Positions 36,000 to 48,314 of a stretch of 64,000 bases of DNA are shown here, one piece after another. Location: positions 109,509 through 173,508 of the forward strand of contig NW_015177076.1 in NCBI RefSeq assembly GCF_001447785.1, in the 5' to 3' direction. How positions within the stretch are numbered: the stretch's first letter is position 1; every line of letters starts with the position of its first letter. The notes under the pieces were generated by a model that saw nothing but the letters and a program-made list of their open reading frames with translations, did not search any database and had not been told where the DNA came from. Source of the DNA: Gekko japonicus (taxonomy: Eukaryota). The position numbers and the translations under genes were made by a program.

Positions 36000-36760
36000 G
36001 TATTATTTATTACAGTGCTTATACGTCGCCTTGCTTTACACACGGCTTCCTTTGGGCGCGCTTCTGGCTGGAAAGTGAGGCATAAACATGTCAACGAAAG
36101 AAAGCAAGCATTCAACAGGAGCCGCTTTCCTTGCCCTCACTGAATTTGTGTCTTAATCGAGTTTCTTGTATACTCGGAGATCAGGAGGGAGGGGGCAGCA
36201 TATGACTATTTCAAAGCACCGCAATGGAGCGAAACTTCTAATTCGGCCCGCTTTACTTGAGTTTTCACGTTGAACTTCATCTAGTCCCACCGCTTTTGTC
36301 CAACGCACGCACGATTCTACCCCTTGCAATCGAGACCCGAAAGTCTCGTTCAAGAATCATAGAGACTACCGCCTATGTCACCAGCTTGAGGATCAACCCG
36401 GAAACGGAAAGAGATTTCTTTGTTCTTCCTCTGATGGTTGCGCCTGATTTGAGTAGGAGTCTCGGGATATCGCCTTCCTTGGGGGCCCTTGGTGGGGGGG
36501 CTGTGTCCCATGAAAAGAGATCTATGGTTGCTCCGCCTTTGCCGTCGCCATCATGATGCCCGTCTTCAAAAGCAGCCGGCGCGACTTCACTTTCGGGCCG
36601 TGGAAGCTGACCGCCGCTCGGACCCACATCATGAAGTCGGCTGAGGCCGAAAGGTGGGAGATAGGTCGAGGAAGGGGGCAGTCCTCTTAACGGGGACGAG
36701 GGGTTGGCTGTCCGTGCCCAGAGCTAGTAATCGTTGCTGTGTATCTGGCAGCCGGTTGGC
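36000..36760 (+). promoter_or_regulatory. TIPRL CpG island/promoter
   Basis: CpG-rich around exon 1; ETS-like CCGGAAACGGAAA near 36398. Confidence 0.65.
36553..36653 (+). CDS. TIPRL: TIP41-like protein (PP2A regulator) exon 1
   Basis: [33 protein letters not shown]; AG|gtggg. Confidence 0.93.
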
Positions 36761-37297
36761 AGTCTTTTTCTTTGCTTTTAATCCTGGAGAAGAATATCTA
36801 ACTTTAGAATTTTTTCCCCATTCAGAATGTTTTTGGAAATTCCTATATTGGCAGGTCTTTATAATAACTGAGCTTATGTGTGTTGCAATTTGTTGCAAAA
36901 TAAATTCTTTCATCTGTTCTCCCCAGTTAGTCTTTTAGTGTGTGTAGTTAAGGTGTTTGTCTTGCCTTCTTAGGATGCCTTCACATGCTGTTAAAGTTCT
37001 GGGAAATTGTGATATAAATTATGTGTGTGCTGCTTATTGTATATGAGGAAACTGTCATCAGCTTTGAATTCCCAGCATTCATTTTGATTCATATTTTCTG
37101 CATGGTAAAATGACAATGTGAAAGAGGTATATAATAATTTTTGTGGGAGGAGGGCCTCCTATTGCCAGTTTCATTTTGACTAAATGGAACTGACTCCCTG
37201 TTAGAATATTCTGTGAAATGTAAAATGTAGAGATCAATAAGAAATAGCTCCTGCAAGAAAAAAATAAATTTGCTGCAATCTCCTTGTTTCCCTTCAG

Positions 37298-37477
37298 AAT
37301 AGCTGAAGAACTGCGCATGCCTTGTGTCCCAGAAATGATGTTTGGAGACAATGTCTTAAGAATTCAGCATGAGTCTCAGTTTGGAATTGAGTTCAATGCG
37401 GTTGATGCTTTAAGATGCGTAAATAACTCTCAGGGTGTGGTTAAAGTGGCCTGTGCTGAAGAGTGGCAAGAAAGCAG
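37298..37477 (+). CDS. TIPRL: TIPRL exon 2
   Basis: 180 nt, [24 protein letters not shown]...ACAEEWQES. Confidence 0.96.
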
Positions 37478-37637
37478 GTAATAACGAAATATTATTGGTA
37501 TTTGTATGCACAGTGCTATTGTACAGGGAATACCACCATGTTTCTAAAAAGAAAGATTATCTTTATAAAGAATGCAGTTATCTCCTCTTAAAGCCAGTAT
37601 GGCATAGGAAAAGAAGCAGAGTAGGTTTTTATACCCT

Positions 37638-37980
37638 GCTGCAGTGGCTCAAGTGGTTAAGACGCTGAACTGCAAGCTGTGGAAGGTCGGTAGTTCAGCA
37701 GTTTGAGACCCGAGTTGCCGCATGACGGAGTGAGGTCCTGTCTCTAGTTCCAACTCCTGCCAACCTAGCAGTTCGAAAGCAAGAAATTGCAAGTAGATAA
37801 ATAGGTACCACTTTGGTGGGAAGGTAACAGCGTTCCGTGCACCTTGGTGTTTAGTCATGCCGGCCACATGACCATGGAAACGTCTTTGGACAGCGCTGGC
37901 TCTTCAGCTTTGAAACGGAGATGAGCACCGCAACCCTAGAGTCGGACTCGACTGGCTTTCGAGCAAGGGAACCTTTACCT
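37638..37980 (+). mobile_element. Sauria SINE inserted into a Squam3-like SINE
   Basis: tRNA-like head GCAGTGGCTCAAGTGGTTAAG; tail ACCTTTACCT; host SINE continues on both sides. Confidence 0.85.
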
Positions 37981-38803
37981 CTCTCTAACTTAAGGAGTCT
38001 CAAAGCAGCTTTCAATTGCCTTCCCTTCCTCTCCCCACAACAGGCACCTTGTGAGGTAGTGGGGGCTGAGAGAGTTCTGAGAGCACTGTTACTGGGCTAA
38101 GGTCACCCAGCAGGCTGCATGTGGAGGAGTGGGGAATCAAACCCAGTTCTCCAGATTAGAATCCACTGCTCTTGACCACTGCGGACTCTAATCTGGGAGA
38201 ACCGGGTTTGATTCCCCACTCCTCCACTTGCACCTGGCTGGATGACCTTGGGCAAGCCGTAGCTCTGATAAGAGCTGTTCTTGAAAAAGGGCAGTTTGTG
38301 TCAGAGTTCTCTCAGCCCCATTTCTCTAACTTAAGAAGTCTTAAGCTTTCAATTGCCTTCCCTTCCCCTCCCCACAACAGACACCCTGTGAGGTGGGTGG
38401 GGCTGAGAGAACTCTGACACAAACTGCCCTTTTTCAAGAACAGCTCTTATCAGAGCTACGGCTTGCCCAAGGTCATCCAGCCAGGTGCAAGTGGAGGAGT
38501 GGGGAATCAAACCCACTTCTCCAGATTAGAATCCACTGCTCTTGACCACTGCGGACTCTAATCTGGGAGAACCGGGTTTGATTCCCCACTCCTCCACTTG
38601 CACCTGGCTGGATGACCTTGGGCAAGCCGTAGCTCTGATAAGAGCTGTTCTTGAAAAAGGGCAGTTTGTGTCAGAGTTCTCTCAGCCCCACCCACCTCAC
38701 AGGGTGTCTGTTGTGGGGAGGGGAATGGAAAGGAGTTTGTAAGCCACTCTGAGACTCCCTTGGGTAGTGAAGGGCAGGGTATAAATCCAATCTCTTCTTC
38801 TTC
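37981..38803. repeat. Cluster of Squam3-like SINE segments in -/+/-/+ orientation
   Basis: 38121-38320 repeated at 38491-38690 (offset 370); 38401-38515 is the reverse complement of the plus copy. Confidence 0.85.
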
Positions 38804-39049
38804 TACACCCTGATGGCTCTCTGCTTAAAGTATGGAAAATCTAGATTCAAATGCTAACTGCCATAAGGGGTGATACTGGGCCAATCTCACACACTGAGCC
38901 TAACCTGCCTCACAGGTTTGTTGTGCGAATAAAATGTGGAAGAGAGAGCCATGTACACTGACAGCTGTGGGTTCCATAGATTTATGGCTGCAGTCTTTGT
39001 CTTGTTCTGTATTTCACATGCTACAAAGCTGTCTGTCGTTTTCCTTCAG

Positions 39050-39149
39050 ATCTGAGCCTGAACACGCAAAAGAGATTGTGAAACCATATGATTGGACTTA
39101 CACAACAGATTATAAAGGAACACTGTTAGGTGATACGTTAAAGTTAAAG
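39050..39149 (+). CDS. TIPRL: TIPRL exon 3
   Basis: 100 nt, [33 protein letters not shown]. Confidence 0.96.
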
Positions 39150-39221
39150 GTAAATTTAGAATTCTTTTGATTGTTCATTACCTTGCAAATATGACCGTGG
39201 TCTTTAACAATTGTTTGCTTA

Positions 39222-39440
39222 TGGGGCGGGTTTGTGACTGAGTGAAAGAGCATCTGCTCGGCATGCAGAAGGTCTAAGGCTCAGTCCCCAGCATTTCCTA
39301 TCGGATGGATCAGGCAGTAGGTGACATGAAAGACCTCTACCTGAGACCTTGGAGAGCTGCTACTAGCTAGAGTAGACAGTTCTGACTTTGATGGACCAAT
39401 GATCTGATTCAGTATAAGGCAGTTTCATAGATGTTCATGT
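39222..39440 (+). mobile_element. tRNA-derived SINE with CR1-like 3' tail
   Basis: tRNA-Ala-like head (agagcatctgctcggcatgcagaagg); tail gatggaccaatgatctgattcagtataaggcag. Confidence 0.6.
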
Positions 39441-39465
39441 AACATTTTCTGATCTTCCCCCCCAG

Positions 39466-39597
39466 GTTTCTGCCACAACAGAACATATAGACACAGAGAA
39501 ATTAAAAGCCAGGGAACAGATTATGTTCTTTGAAGAAGTGCTGCTGTTTGAAGATGAACTTCATGATCATGGAGTTTCAAGCCTCAGTGTCAAAATA
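39466..39597 (+). CDS. TIPRL: TIPRL exon 4
   Basis: 132 nt, [44 protein letters not shown]. Confidence 0.96.
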
Positions 39598-40252
39598 GTG
39601 AGCTCAGTTATTTTGTATGTCTTTTTGAAGTACAAAATGTTGTTAGAACTCATCTGATGGGGGAATAAATGATACAGTGTCCACGGGTTTTTTTGGTTAA
39701 AGTAATTCAGGTGAACAAATTCTTTGGAAATATTTCTTTAACAATAGCCCTTTTAAAATGTCTAGTTTCTTTTTGTTTGTTTGATTTACAGAGAAGCCTC
39801 AGGCTTCGACAGAAAGGCTGAGGTTACATTGAAGCTGTTGTAAATAGGAAGGGGGATAATAGCACAGTCCTCAGAAATTATTCCGATGGAGTTTAGTAAG
39901 CCTTACTTGCAGTGTAAGCATGCATAAGATTGTGGTCTGAATCAAGGAAATGGGTATAGACAAGAGGATATTCAACGAAAATATTCTTCAGTACTGAAAG
40001 ATCTTTGTAAACAAGTCCACAGCTTAATGGCCCATAACATTTTTTCCCTTTTATCTGCTTGTTCATGCATGTCTCTGTTAGTCATTAGTGCCTACAAGAA
40101 ACAGAAAAACCAGCTTCTGTTAAGTTTCAGAAGTTGTTGCAAAATGACTGTTAATGACCAGTGAAGTTATAAAGTGTTTACTGTTCCACTGAACTAGGTA
40201 AATATTTGATAAAACATTTGCAGATGCAAATAATTGTCATGGTCTTTGGCAG

Positions 40253-40348
40253 AGGGTGATGCCTTCAAGCTTCTTTGTGCTGCTGCGGTTTTTCCTGCGA
40301 GTTGATGGTGTGCTTATCCGCATGAATGACACAAGGCTTTACCATGAG
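40253..40348 (+). CDS. TIPRL: TIPRL exon 5
   Basis: 96 nt, [32 protein letters not shown]. Confidence 0.96.
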
Positions 40349-41093
40349 GTGAGGAAGTCTTACTATGCTTATTCTTTCCTGGATGGAATAAGCATTTGGA
40401 CCTGAGCTGCCCTAGTGTGTGTTGTTCCTTGTTTGTTGCTTTGATACAGTAACTTCATGCTAGGCAAGGCAACTACTAGTTATTTCTTTGTTATGGCCTG
40501 ACTGGCTTGAGTAGATTTCAGACAGCCCTTCCTAGGATTATGAAATGCTTCTTGTAGTCTTTGCCCCATAAATCTGTGTATGCTGAGAAGGAGTTGTGGT
40601 ATAGCCATCAATACTATTTTTAGTTGATGCACATCCTACCAGTGGAAATACCTTAACATTCATCAAGTATTTGTTGATCACAGTGTTGCCCAGTTTGTGC
40701 ACAATCTGTGAGTATCCTACCTAAATATTATTTGTATTCCACTTTGCCTGAATCAGGATGGTCCTTGAGCCCGTATATCCAATAACGCTCCCTCAAGATG
40801 GGTTGGTTAATTGCTTGTTCATAAGTTTAGAGGCTGTGTGGTGCCATGAGTTCAGTATCTTTATTGGAACTGATAACAGGTGTTTAAGGCCCAGGTTTAT
40901 GTGATTCACCAGGTGACCGCTTAGACTAAACTGAAATTGCTAAAATGAAAAAAACAAACAAATCTTACTCTCGTCACTGAACTGACAAACCCATTTCAAT
41001 TCCTTTATGTTACATTGATTATTGAAACCAGCAATGCATGCGGAATGTTACGTAACCATGCAATTACATTTTAACTTTTTTCTTTTTTACTAG

Positions 41094-41156
41094 GCTGACA
41101 AACGGTACATGTTGCGGGAATACACGTCTAGGGAAAGCAAAGTATCAAGTCTAATG
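41094..41156 (+). CDS. TIPRL: TIPRL exon 6
   Basis: 63 nt, ADKRYMLREYTSRESKVSSLM. Confidence 0.95.
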
Positions 41157-41589
41157 GTATTAACATTTTAAGCATGGTTATTTTTATGTTTCAGCTTTGG
41201 CAGCTTCCTGGAACAAATTACTTTCGGCAAAGACTCTGACAAATGCTACTTGCTTTAGCCTTTGATGAAGTGTGCCTGTCCCCCCCCCGATTAACATTAA
41301 CAAGATCCTAATGAAAACCACTGACAAATATAAACATTTCAATAATCATTTGCTGTAAATACATCACATTAATTAAGGAAAAAAGCACACACTAGCCAGC
41401 CTTCAATTCTCCCCCTCACCACGTATTTAGTAATTTAAGTAATTTAAGGTTAGAGAATCACAAAATAGTGGATGGTTGGCTTTCTACTGTATTGTTTTTA
41501 AAACGTACTCTTTTCCACTCTAGATTGTATGTTTTTGACTGTGTTTCCTTTGTTGGGATTGGCTTAATCTTTGCTCTCTTCTTTTTAAG

Positions 41590-41724
41590 CATGTTCCTCA
41601 AGCCCTGTTCACAGAGCCTAATGAGATTGCCCAGTATTTACCCGTGAAGGAGACAGTGTGTGAGAAGTTGGAGTTTCCAGAAAATTTGAGTCCTGAATTT
41701 GCAGCAGTGCCAGAACACACTTAA
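41590..41724 (+). CDS. TIPRL: TIPRL exon 7 (to stop)
   Basis: [44 protein letters not shown]. Confidence 0.93.
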   Translation, partial: HVPQALFTEPNEIAQYLPVKETVCEKLEFPENLSPEFAAVPEHT

Positions 41725-44700
41725 GTGGAATTCAAATTTTGTGGACTTGATACAGACTTTCTTCTGGAGATTATATAGTCTCTTGGCCATTTCTATTGAA
41801 GATCCCACTACTTGCTGGACCAGGATCATTCTGTATGTGTGAAAAATATTTCTGTAGCCCTGGGGAAGGAAAAAACCCAAAATGCCGATGTTGTCAGTGT
41901 TTTCATTGTCTCTTTATTTCAAAGTAATGGAGCTATTTAATAGTTCCAGTTCACAGCCAGTTCATCCAAAGCTGGAAAGTAAGCCCTCAAATCAGGAGCA
42001 ATTCTTCTGAAGCTTGCCAGACTCAAAGGTTTAGAGGCCTTTTAAAATGAGCCATCCACAAGCTTAAATGGCTCCTAAGAACTTTTAACATAGTGTTTTT
42101 GTTATAGAAGGGCCGTGTTGTATAATGCACACACTAACTATGCTTTCTCTTGAGGTCAGATTGGCTCAGCTTCCTGAAGCTCACAGATGCCTAGTAGGTC
42201 TGTGAACCTTGAATATATTGGATGGCGTTTTTTCATCAGTTGCTTGAGATCTGTCTATTTAAATGAGAAGGATGTAGAGATGCTGTTTGATATTTCCTAC
42301 AGGAACTTTTCACAGAGCTAGAAAAATAACAGAGCTGCATAATAAATCTGGCAAATATCAATTCACATTTGGATCCCATATTGTCTGCTTTTTGCTAGTA
42401 TTGATCCTCTGATGTTGGAGTGGGCTAGATATTAATAGGGTATAGTTTCATTTAAGTGGATTGCACGCTACCACATTCCTGATATTCTAAAATGTTGCCT
42501 GTGATCTTAAAAAAAATACCAGGGTTTATATTGTTTACAGTGGTAGAATAGGTAAATGCACCTGCTGTTTCCTTTATAAAGGACTTTAATGTTTGTAATT
42601 GACCTTCTCATCTCTTTAGGCCACCAGCAAGCTTGTTTGGCCTGCACTGTAAAGCTTAACCTAAACACATCCTAATATGACTGTAATGCTTGTTCAATTG
42701 TGTTCCAGCATTAGGCAATGCAGTTTTGAATATGAAACTCCACTCTTGCCTTTGCTTCTCCTATTCTTTTTCCATGCCAGAAGGTGAAAACTTGCATTCC
42801 ATCTGCTTGTCCATTCTGCTCTGTTCTTATTCATTTCTGCATCTAGCAGATTAAGCACAGTGGAAAACTTATCTTATTTAGGTTTTGTTTTTTGTTTTGT
42901 TTTTTAAAAAAAACATACAGCTACTTGTCTTTTTTCCCCTATGTGAGGGGAGAAAGTTCTAGAAAGGAATTTAAGATCATGGCTCATTTAGAAACACATT
43001 AAAGTTCAGATTTGTTTTGGACACTGGGAATCTGTTCTGCTATCATCATAGAATTTTTGTGTAGCAGTGTAAAGCAGAGGCTAACAAAAGAGGTTGGTTA
43101 TTTTTTTTCTGTGCCACTGAGAGCTTAGTTAGATGAGGTGCCAGAAGATCCTTGGTTTTTAAAAAGCAGCTTGTGGAGAGCCAAAATTTGAATCAGTAAG
43201 TCAGCATTAGGGGAGGGAGTTCTCTTACCCTGCCATATGAAAGCTTTCACAGTACAGGTTTTTTCTCTCCCTAGGTGAGCTGCAGTTTGCCCCAATAGGG
43301 AAAAACGCCATACTATTTTCCACTGCAGGGTAAATAGCAAACTGGGGGGCAGGGCGTGCACACAGGCATGTACTGGGTGGTGGGCACTGAGAAAACAGTT
43401 TGAGGGGTAGGCTTAACTTACACCCCTCTATTGTCATAGCTGCCCTCTATAAATTTTAAAACCATGGAAGATCACAGAAGTTTGTCTAGTTTATCCCTAA
43501 TTTGTCTAGTTTATCCCTAATTCACTTAGCAACATTGAGTGGGTTGAAATAATCAGTGCCTCAGTGTCTTCATTTATAAGAGGTGGAATACCTATCTTAG
43601 TGGGGGTTTGAGATGTGCTGTCTGATTCTCTGCACATTTAGGGGAAAGTGCTATTGAACACTACTGCGAGACTTAATCCTAAGACTTGTTTATGTGTTAA
43701 TCATACTAACCCTAAAGTGGCAATGGTAGAAGGTTCACAGCTGAATATACCTGTGTAAGGAAGATACCCTGATTTTGCAAATTGCTTTTCAATTCAGTGA
43801 CGTCTATTGCTTTTTAAAAAAGTACTTTGAAGAATGAAGCCTAGTAAATATTTTGACTGTAATATTTATTAAGGAAAAATTTAGATGGTCAGACTTATCA
43901 TATATCTGAGGATCCCTCAATGCTTCATACTGTCCAGTCATGAGTGCTCTTCTGCTCTCATTCATGATTATATGCCAAAATAGAATAGAACTGTTTTCTT
44001 GCCTGACTGAAGAAGGGATGAAATAGGAACAGGTGCTTTCTGCAAAACAAATACTCATTTAGTGAGAGGGGAAGACAATGAAGCAAAAACAAGCAATTCC
44101 TGCATCTAGCAGATTAAGCACAGTGGAAAACTTACCTTATTTAGGTTTTGTTTTTTAAAAAACATATAGCTACTTGTCTTTTTTCCCCTATGTGAGGGGA
44201 GAATGAAAAAAGTATGAGTATGAAAAAATGAATTCTGTTTATCCAATTATGGCCTTTTATGTTGACATAGGCAGGGAAGTTATAATTGAGATAAACACTG
44301 GAACTGATGCTGTCCATACTTATGTCAGCTGACATAACACCATCATGAAGGTCAAGTTACAACAATTTATACTATTCTGTTGTAGCACAACCAGGTAGGG
44401 GGAAAGATACAGCAATACCAACAGGGTGACTGGGGAGAGAGGATGGATTACTGTGTATTGTATAACCTATTGGTCTCTGTTTTTTAATATAAGAGATAAA
44501 ATATCAACTTGTCAGTTTCAGTTGTCATGCATCTTGATATATATGGCAGAAATGTAATGGGGGAAGAGAATGAGAATCCTGCATCCTTTATTCATTATTG
44601 TACATGTCATGTGACATACAGGAGATCTCACTGTCTCATTTCTGGAAAGTGTTCTGATGTTCAGCTAAGTTCCAATGGCAACTGGATACAACCTATAAAG

Positions 44701-45251
44701 CTGTATTGCCCCTTCAGTTCATAGAGAAGCTGCTCATGAGCAATATTTTGAGACTATACCCCAGTCTCTGCATCAAAAGGCCTTTCTTTTACTGCTCACT
44801 AGTTAAACTTGTGATGGTTTATACTTCCGAGCACCTGTCACTAAATAAAAATGTATGCCACATTTTATGTTTTTCCTTCAAGTTTGATTTCTTCATTGAA
44901 TTAAATATTCCCTCAAGTGGATTAAATTGCAAGTGTTAAAAGACAGTAGACTTTAGAGTTTTGTTGTTTTTATGTATTTATACATGCACACATCTTCCTT
45001 GTCCTGCTGCAGGATAAAGAAATATGAAAATCTTGTGTATGCCTTCTCTTAGGCCATAGGACTATAGATCCTAGGAGAGAGAATGTCATGGGGTCAGAAT
45101 CAGACTAAACCCAAATCTCTGCTGCACTGTGGAGGTTTGCTGGGTTTCAGCCTAATCTACTTCACAGGGGTGTTAGAATAAAATGGAAATGGGCAGGACA
45201 ATGTTTAGGTCCCCACAAATCCTCCTCGAGTCCGTGAGAGAACGGAAACTA

Positions 45252-45505
45252 TAAGAAGAGATTGGATTTATACCCTGCCCTTCATTCGGAGTCTCAGCGC
45301 GGTTTACAAACTCCTTTCCCTTCCCCTCCCCACAACAGACACCCTGTGAGGTAGGTGGGGCTGAGAGAGCTCTTTCAAGAACTGCCCTTGAGAGAACAGC
45401 TCTTGTCAGAACTATGGCTTGCCCAAGGTCATCCAGCAGCTGCAAGTGGAAGAGTGCGGAATCAAACCCAGTTCTCTCCACGCACTTAACCATTACACAA
45501 AACTA
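45252..45505 (-). mobile_element. Squam3-like SINE
   Basis: Reverse complement of the 5110-type SINE. Confidence 0.8.
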
Positions 45506-46164
45506 TAAATAAATTAAATAAAAAGCAGAGTATAAATATCTAAATAGCCCTAGCTAAACAGGCCTAATTTGTGGGTGGTAGTCATCTATAGGATTGGCTC
45601 ACATGGGAAGTACTTAAGAAATGTTCCAGTAAGGTGGGTTGTAGGGAGAAAAGGTATTTCGCACAAGTGGATCAAAGCAAGGGAGCTGTAGGCCATTCCA
45701 CAGACTAGTTTCTAAACCTATACTATGAAAAATGACAGAAGATGGCAGGTATTCTGTATTTTTCTTGATTGCAAGCAATTCATGGACATAGTTTGCATAT
45801 GGCTAACTTAAGTACAGCCTTATGTCCACAGCTCATAGGGATATAGAAAAAAATGGATAATATTTGCATGAATAATTAGGTTTTATTTACAGTATTGAAA
45901 TTCCAAACAGGAATTTGTGTATTTGTGATTTGGTGAAGTACACAATAACAAAAGCAGGAGTACTTGAAAATCATTCCACATTAGTGATGCATGCAATTAA
46001 TTAAAACTAGAGGTTAACTATAACTGTGACCCAGAACCTAGTGTGTTTATGATGTCAATGACCTGTCATAAGGCTCCAATCTGACCTGAGCTCCTAATGT
46101 ACAAAAATAGGAGTAACAATCAATTTACCCCAAACTGTGATTAGGAAATAGATCAAGATGGGTA

Positions 46165-46497
46165 GTGATATTTGTAGCAGTAGAAAAGAGTCCAGTAGCA
46201 CCTTAAAGACTAACAAAATTTGTGGTAGGGTATTAGCTTTCATGACTCATTGCTTCTTCAGCTACACCTAGATTGTGAGTCCATCTGTCATATATATTGG
46301 GAAGTGGAGTGATTTCAGATGCCAAATGACATTAGTAGGCAAATAACAATAGTAGGTGTGATTGGATTAGGTGTGATAAGCAGAGAGGTAGTAGGCATGG
46401 AGAAATCAGCATTGGTAATGAGACAGGAAATCTAGGTCTTGATTCAGTCCAGGTGGATACATTATCTTGAGCTTCATTATCAGTTGCAATTCAGCAG
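46165..46497 (-). mobile_element. Penelope-like element 3' end (GIY-YIG C-terminus plus pseudo-LTR with hammerhead-like core)
   Basis: Minus strand reads AELQLIMKLKIMYPPGLNQDLDFLSHYQC*, then CTGAAGA...GAAAGCTAA (46231-46261) and the arm shared with the 10345 element. Confidence 0.7.
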
Positions 46498-46745
46498 GCA
46501 AAAAAGAGTGACTTATGTGATTAAAGGCAACGTTGCAGTGAGCTTCAAACAAAAGCGTTACAATAGGAATGGAACGGATCTTCCGGATTACTATTATCTC
46601 TTCCCTTTAAAAGCCAAATAACAAAGCAGGGAACCCGCTTTGTTTCGATTAGTGCAACTGAGTGGAGGCTGAGGGCTTGCATAACCATATCCGAACGCGA
46701 GACGCTAAACGATTCATAACTCGTCGCAGCTGCGGTATAGTATTC

Positions 46746-46811
46746 ACTAAAACTCCCAGTGTACATTGCATTAGTTTTAAAGAGGTGGAGGAGCTGCTGG
46801 GAATTGTAGTT
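46746..46811. promoter_or_regulatory. Two ZNF143/THAP11 (SBS) motifs in the SFT2D2 CpG promoter
   Basis: ACTAAAACTCCCAGTGTACATTGC (46746-46769, +) and AACTACAATTCCCAGCAGC (46793-46811, -). Confidence 0.7.
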
Positions 46812-46907
46812 TTCTGAGGTGAAAGGCGGCTTGATGGGCGGGCGTTGGTAGAGATCGTGTTGCGGTAGGTGGAACCTGGAACACAACAAGTGTCTAGACT
46901 GCGCGGA

Positions 46908-46970
46908 ATGGACAAGCTGAAGCGGGTTCTAAGCGGGCAGGACGCGGAAGAGCCGGGTCCCCTGGCCGAG
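46908..46970 (+). CDS. SFT2D2: Vesicle transport protein SFT2B exon 1
   Basis: MDKLKRVLSGQDAEEPGPLAE|gtgagt. Confidence 0.94.
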
Positions 46971-47256
46971 GTGAGTCTGTCTTTAGCGGGGGGTTGAGAA
47001 GGACACCTTTGCCTACGTATTCGCTCACCTGCTATTTCGATTGAGTTCCCATCCGGCCTTTGGCCCATCGTCTATTATGTCACCGTCTCTCCTGCTTCCT
47101 TCCTCAACTACTGCGGTGCTTCAGTTCGGGATTCCTTCTGCTTTCAAAGCACGATCCCTCTGCTCTCTAAAAGATTTTATTTAGGGATATTATACTGTTT
47201 AAATAAATTTTGGTTGATCAGGTTTTTGACTTCTTATCACCGAGTTAAATAAGTAT

Positions 47257-47558
47257 GGCCCCACCGGGAGAGGCACGGAAGGTGGGCGGATTATCCTGGG
47301 GCGATCACACCCCAGCATCGGGGAAGTGGCGCCCACGCTGACAATGCGCATTTAAAAACTAGTACCTCCAAGCTGCCTCCAGAAGCCCCTGGTGTGATTG
47401 CGCTGGGGCAGGGCATTCCCCCCGTTTACCCGCTGGCACCAAGGGAAGGACCCGTGCTGTGCTGCCGGCGCTTCTGATCGTGTAATCGCAGATCAAACTG
47501 CGCCGGGGCAATTAGCCACGCCTCCCCCCTGCGATATCCGGCCCGTGTGCCCGGGGCC
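47257..47558. mobile_element. PIF/Harbinger-like CpG-rich MITE
   Basis: GGCCCC...GGGGCC termini with 3-bp TSD TAT. Confidence 0.6.
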
Positions 47559-48314
47559 TATGTATATTAATGACACCTTAAAATAGGTGTGGCATTGAAG
47601 GATCTATGAAGAATATAGGAACAAAGGTGGAAGGGAAGGTGTATAATTGCTCACCAAATCTACTCTTAAGCAGAATTTGCTGGCCATTGTCTCAAGGCAC
47701 ATATTCAAGGCTATTTAGTGCATATTAAAACTAGAAATGCTGTCTTTGAGTGGCTTGATTGGTACATTCACTAACAAAAGCATCAGTTGATCAATAGCAA
47801 GTTAAGTAAAGCTATTTTGGTTTATGATTCTCTGTTATAGGGAATGAAAAAGAAAAGGCTTTCCTTGTAACAAAGAGCAGCTGCTTTGTTTTGGAAATTT
47901 TAAAATTCTTTATCTTTGCAGCTTTGGGCTGAGCATTTAGCACAAACAAAACTAATGTAGTGGTTGCAAATATATTTGTGATGTTTTCCACTGTTACATT
48001 AAATGATGTTAGTGATATAGTTTGAATGCGTCCCTAAAACAGTGCAAGGCTTAAATATAGAGGGTTGTTTTTTAAAAAAATAGTGGGATGGGCATAATGA
48101 AACAGTTTATTGTGGGCTAAGTAAACAACAACAACCCTGGATTGGATCTAATGCTTCCTTCTAGTTAAGCACTGAATCTTCATTTGGAGGAAAGAGTTTT
48201 CCTCCAATGGAAGGTTTGTTATATAATGCAAGAAAACTATTGAATAAATATTGGGGCTGGTACCCTTTAATTTATTTATAAATAAATTTATAAATAAATA
48301 AATGATCTGGAACT

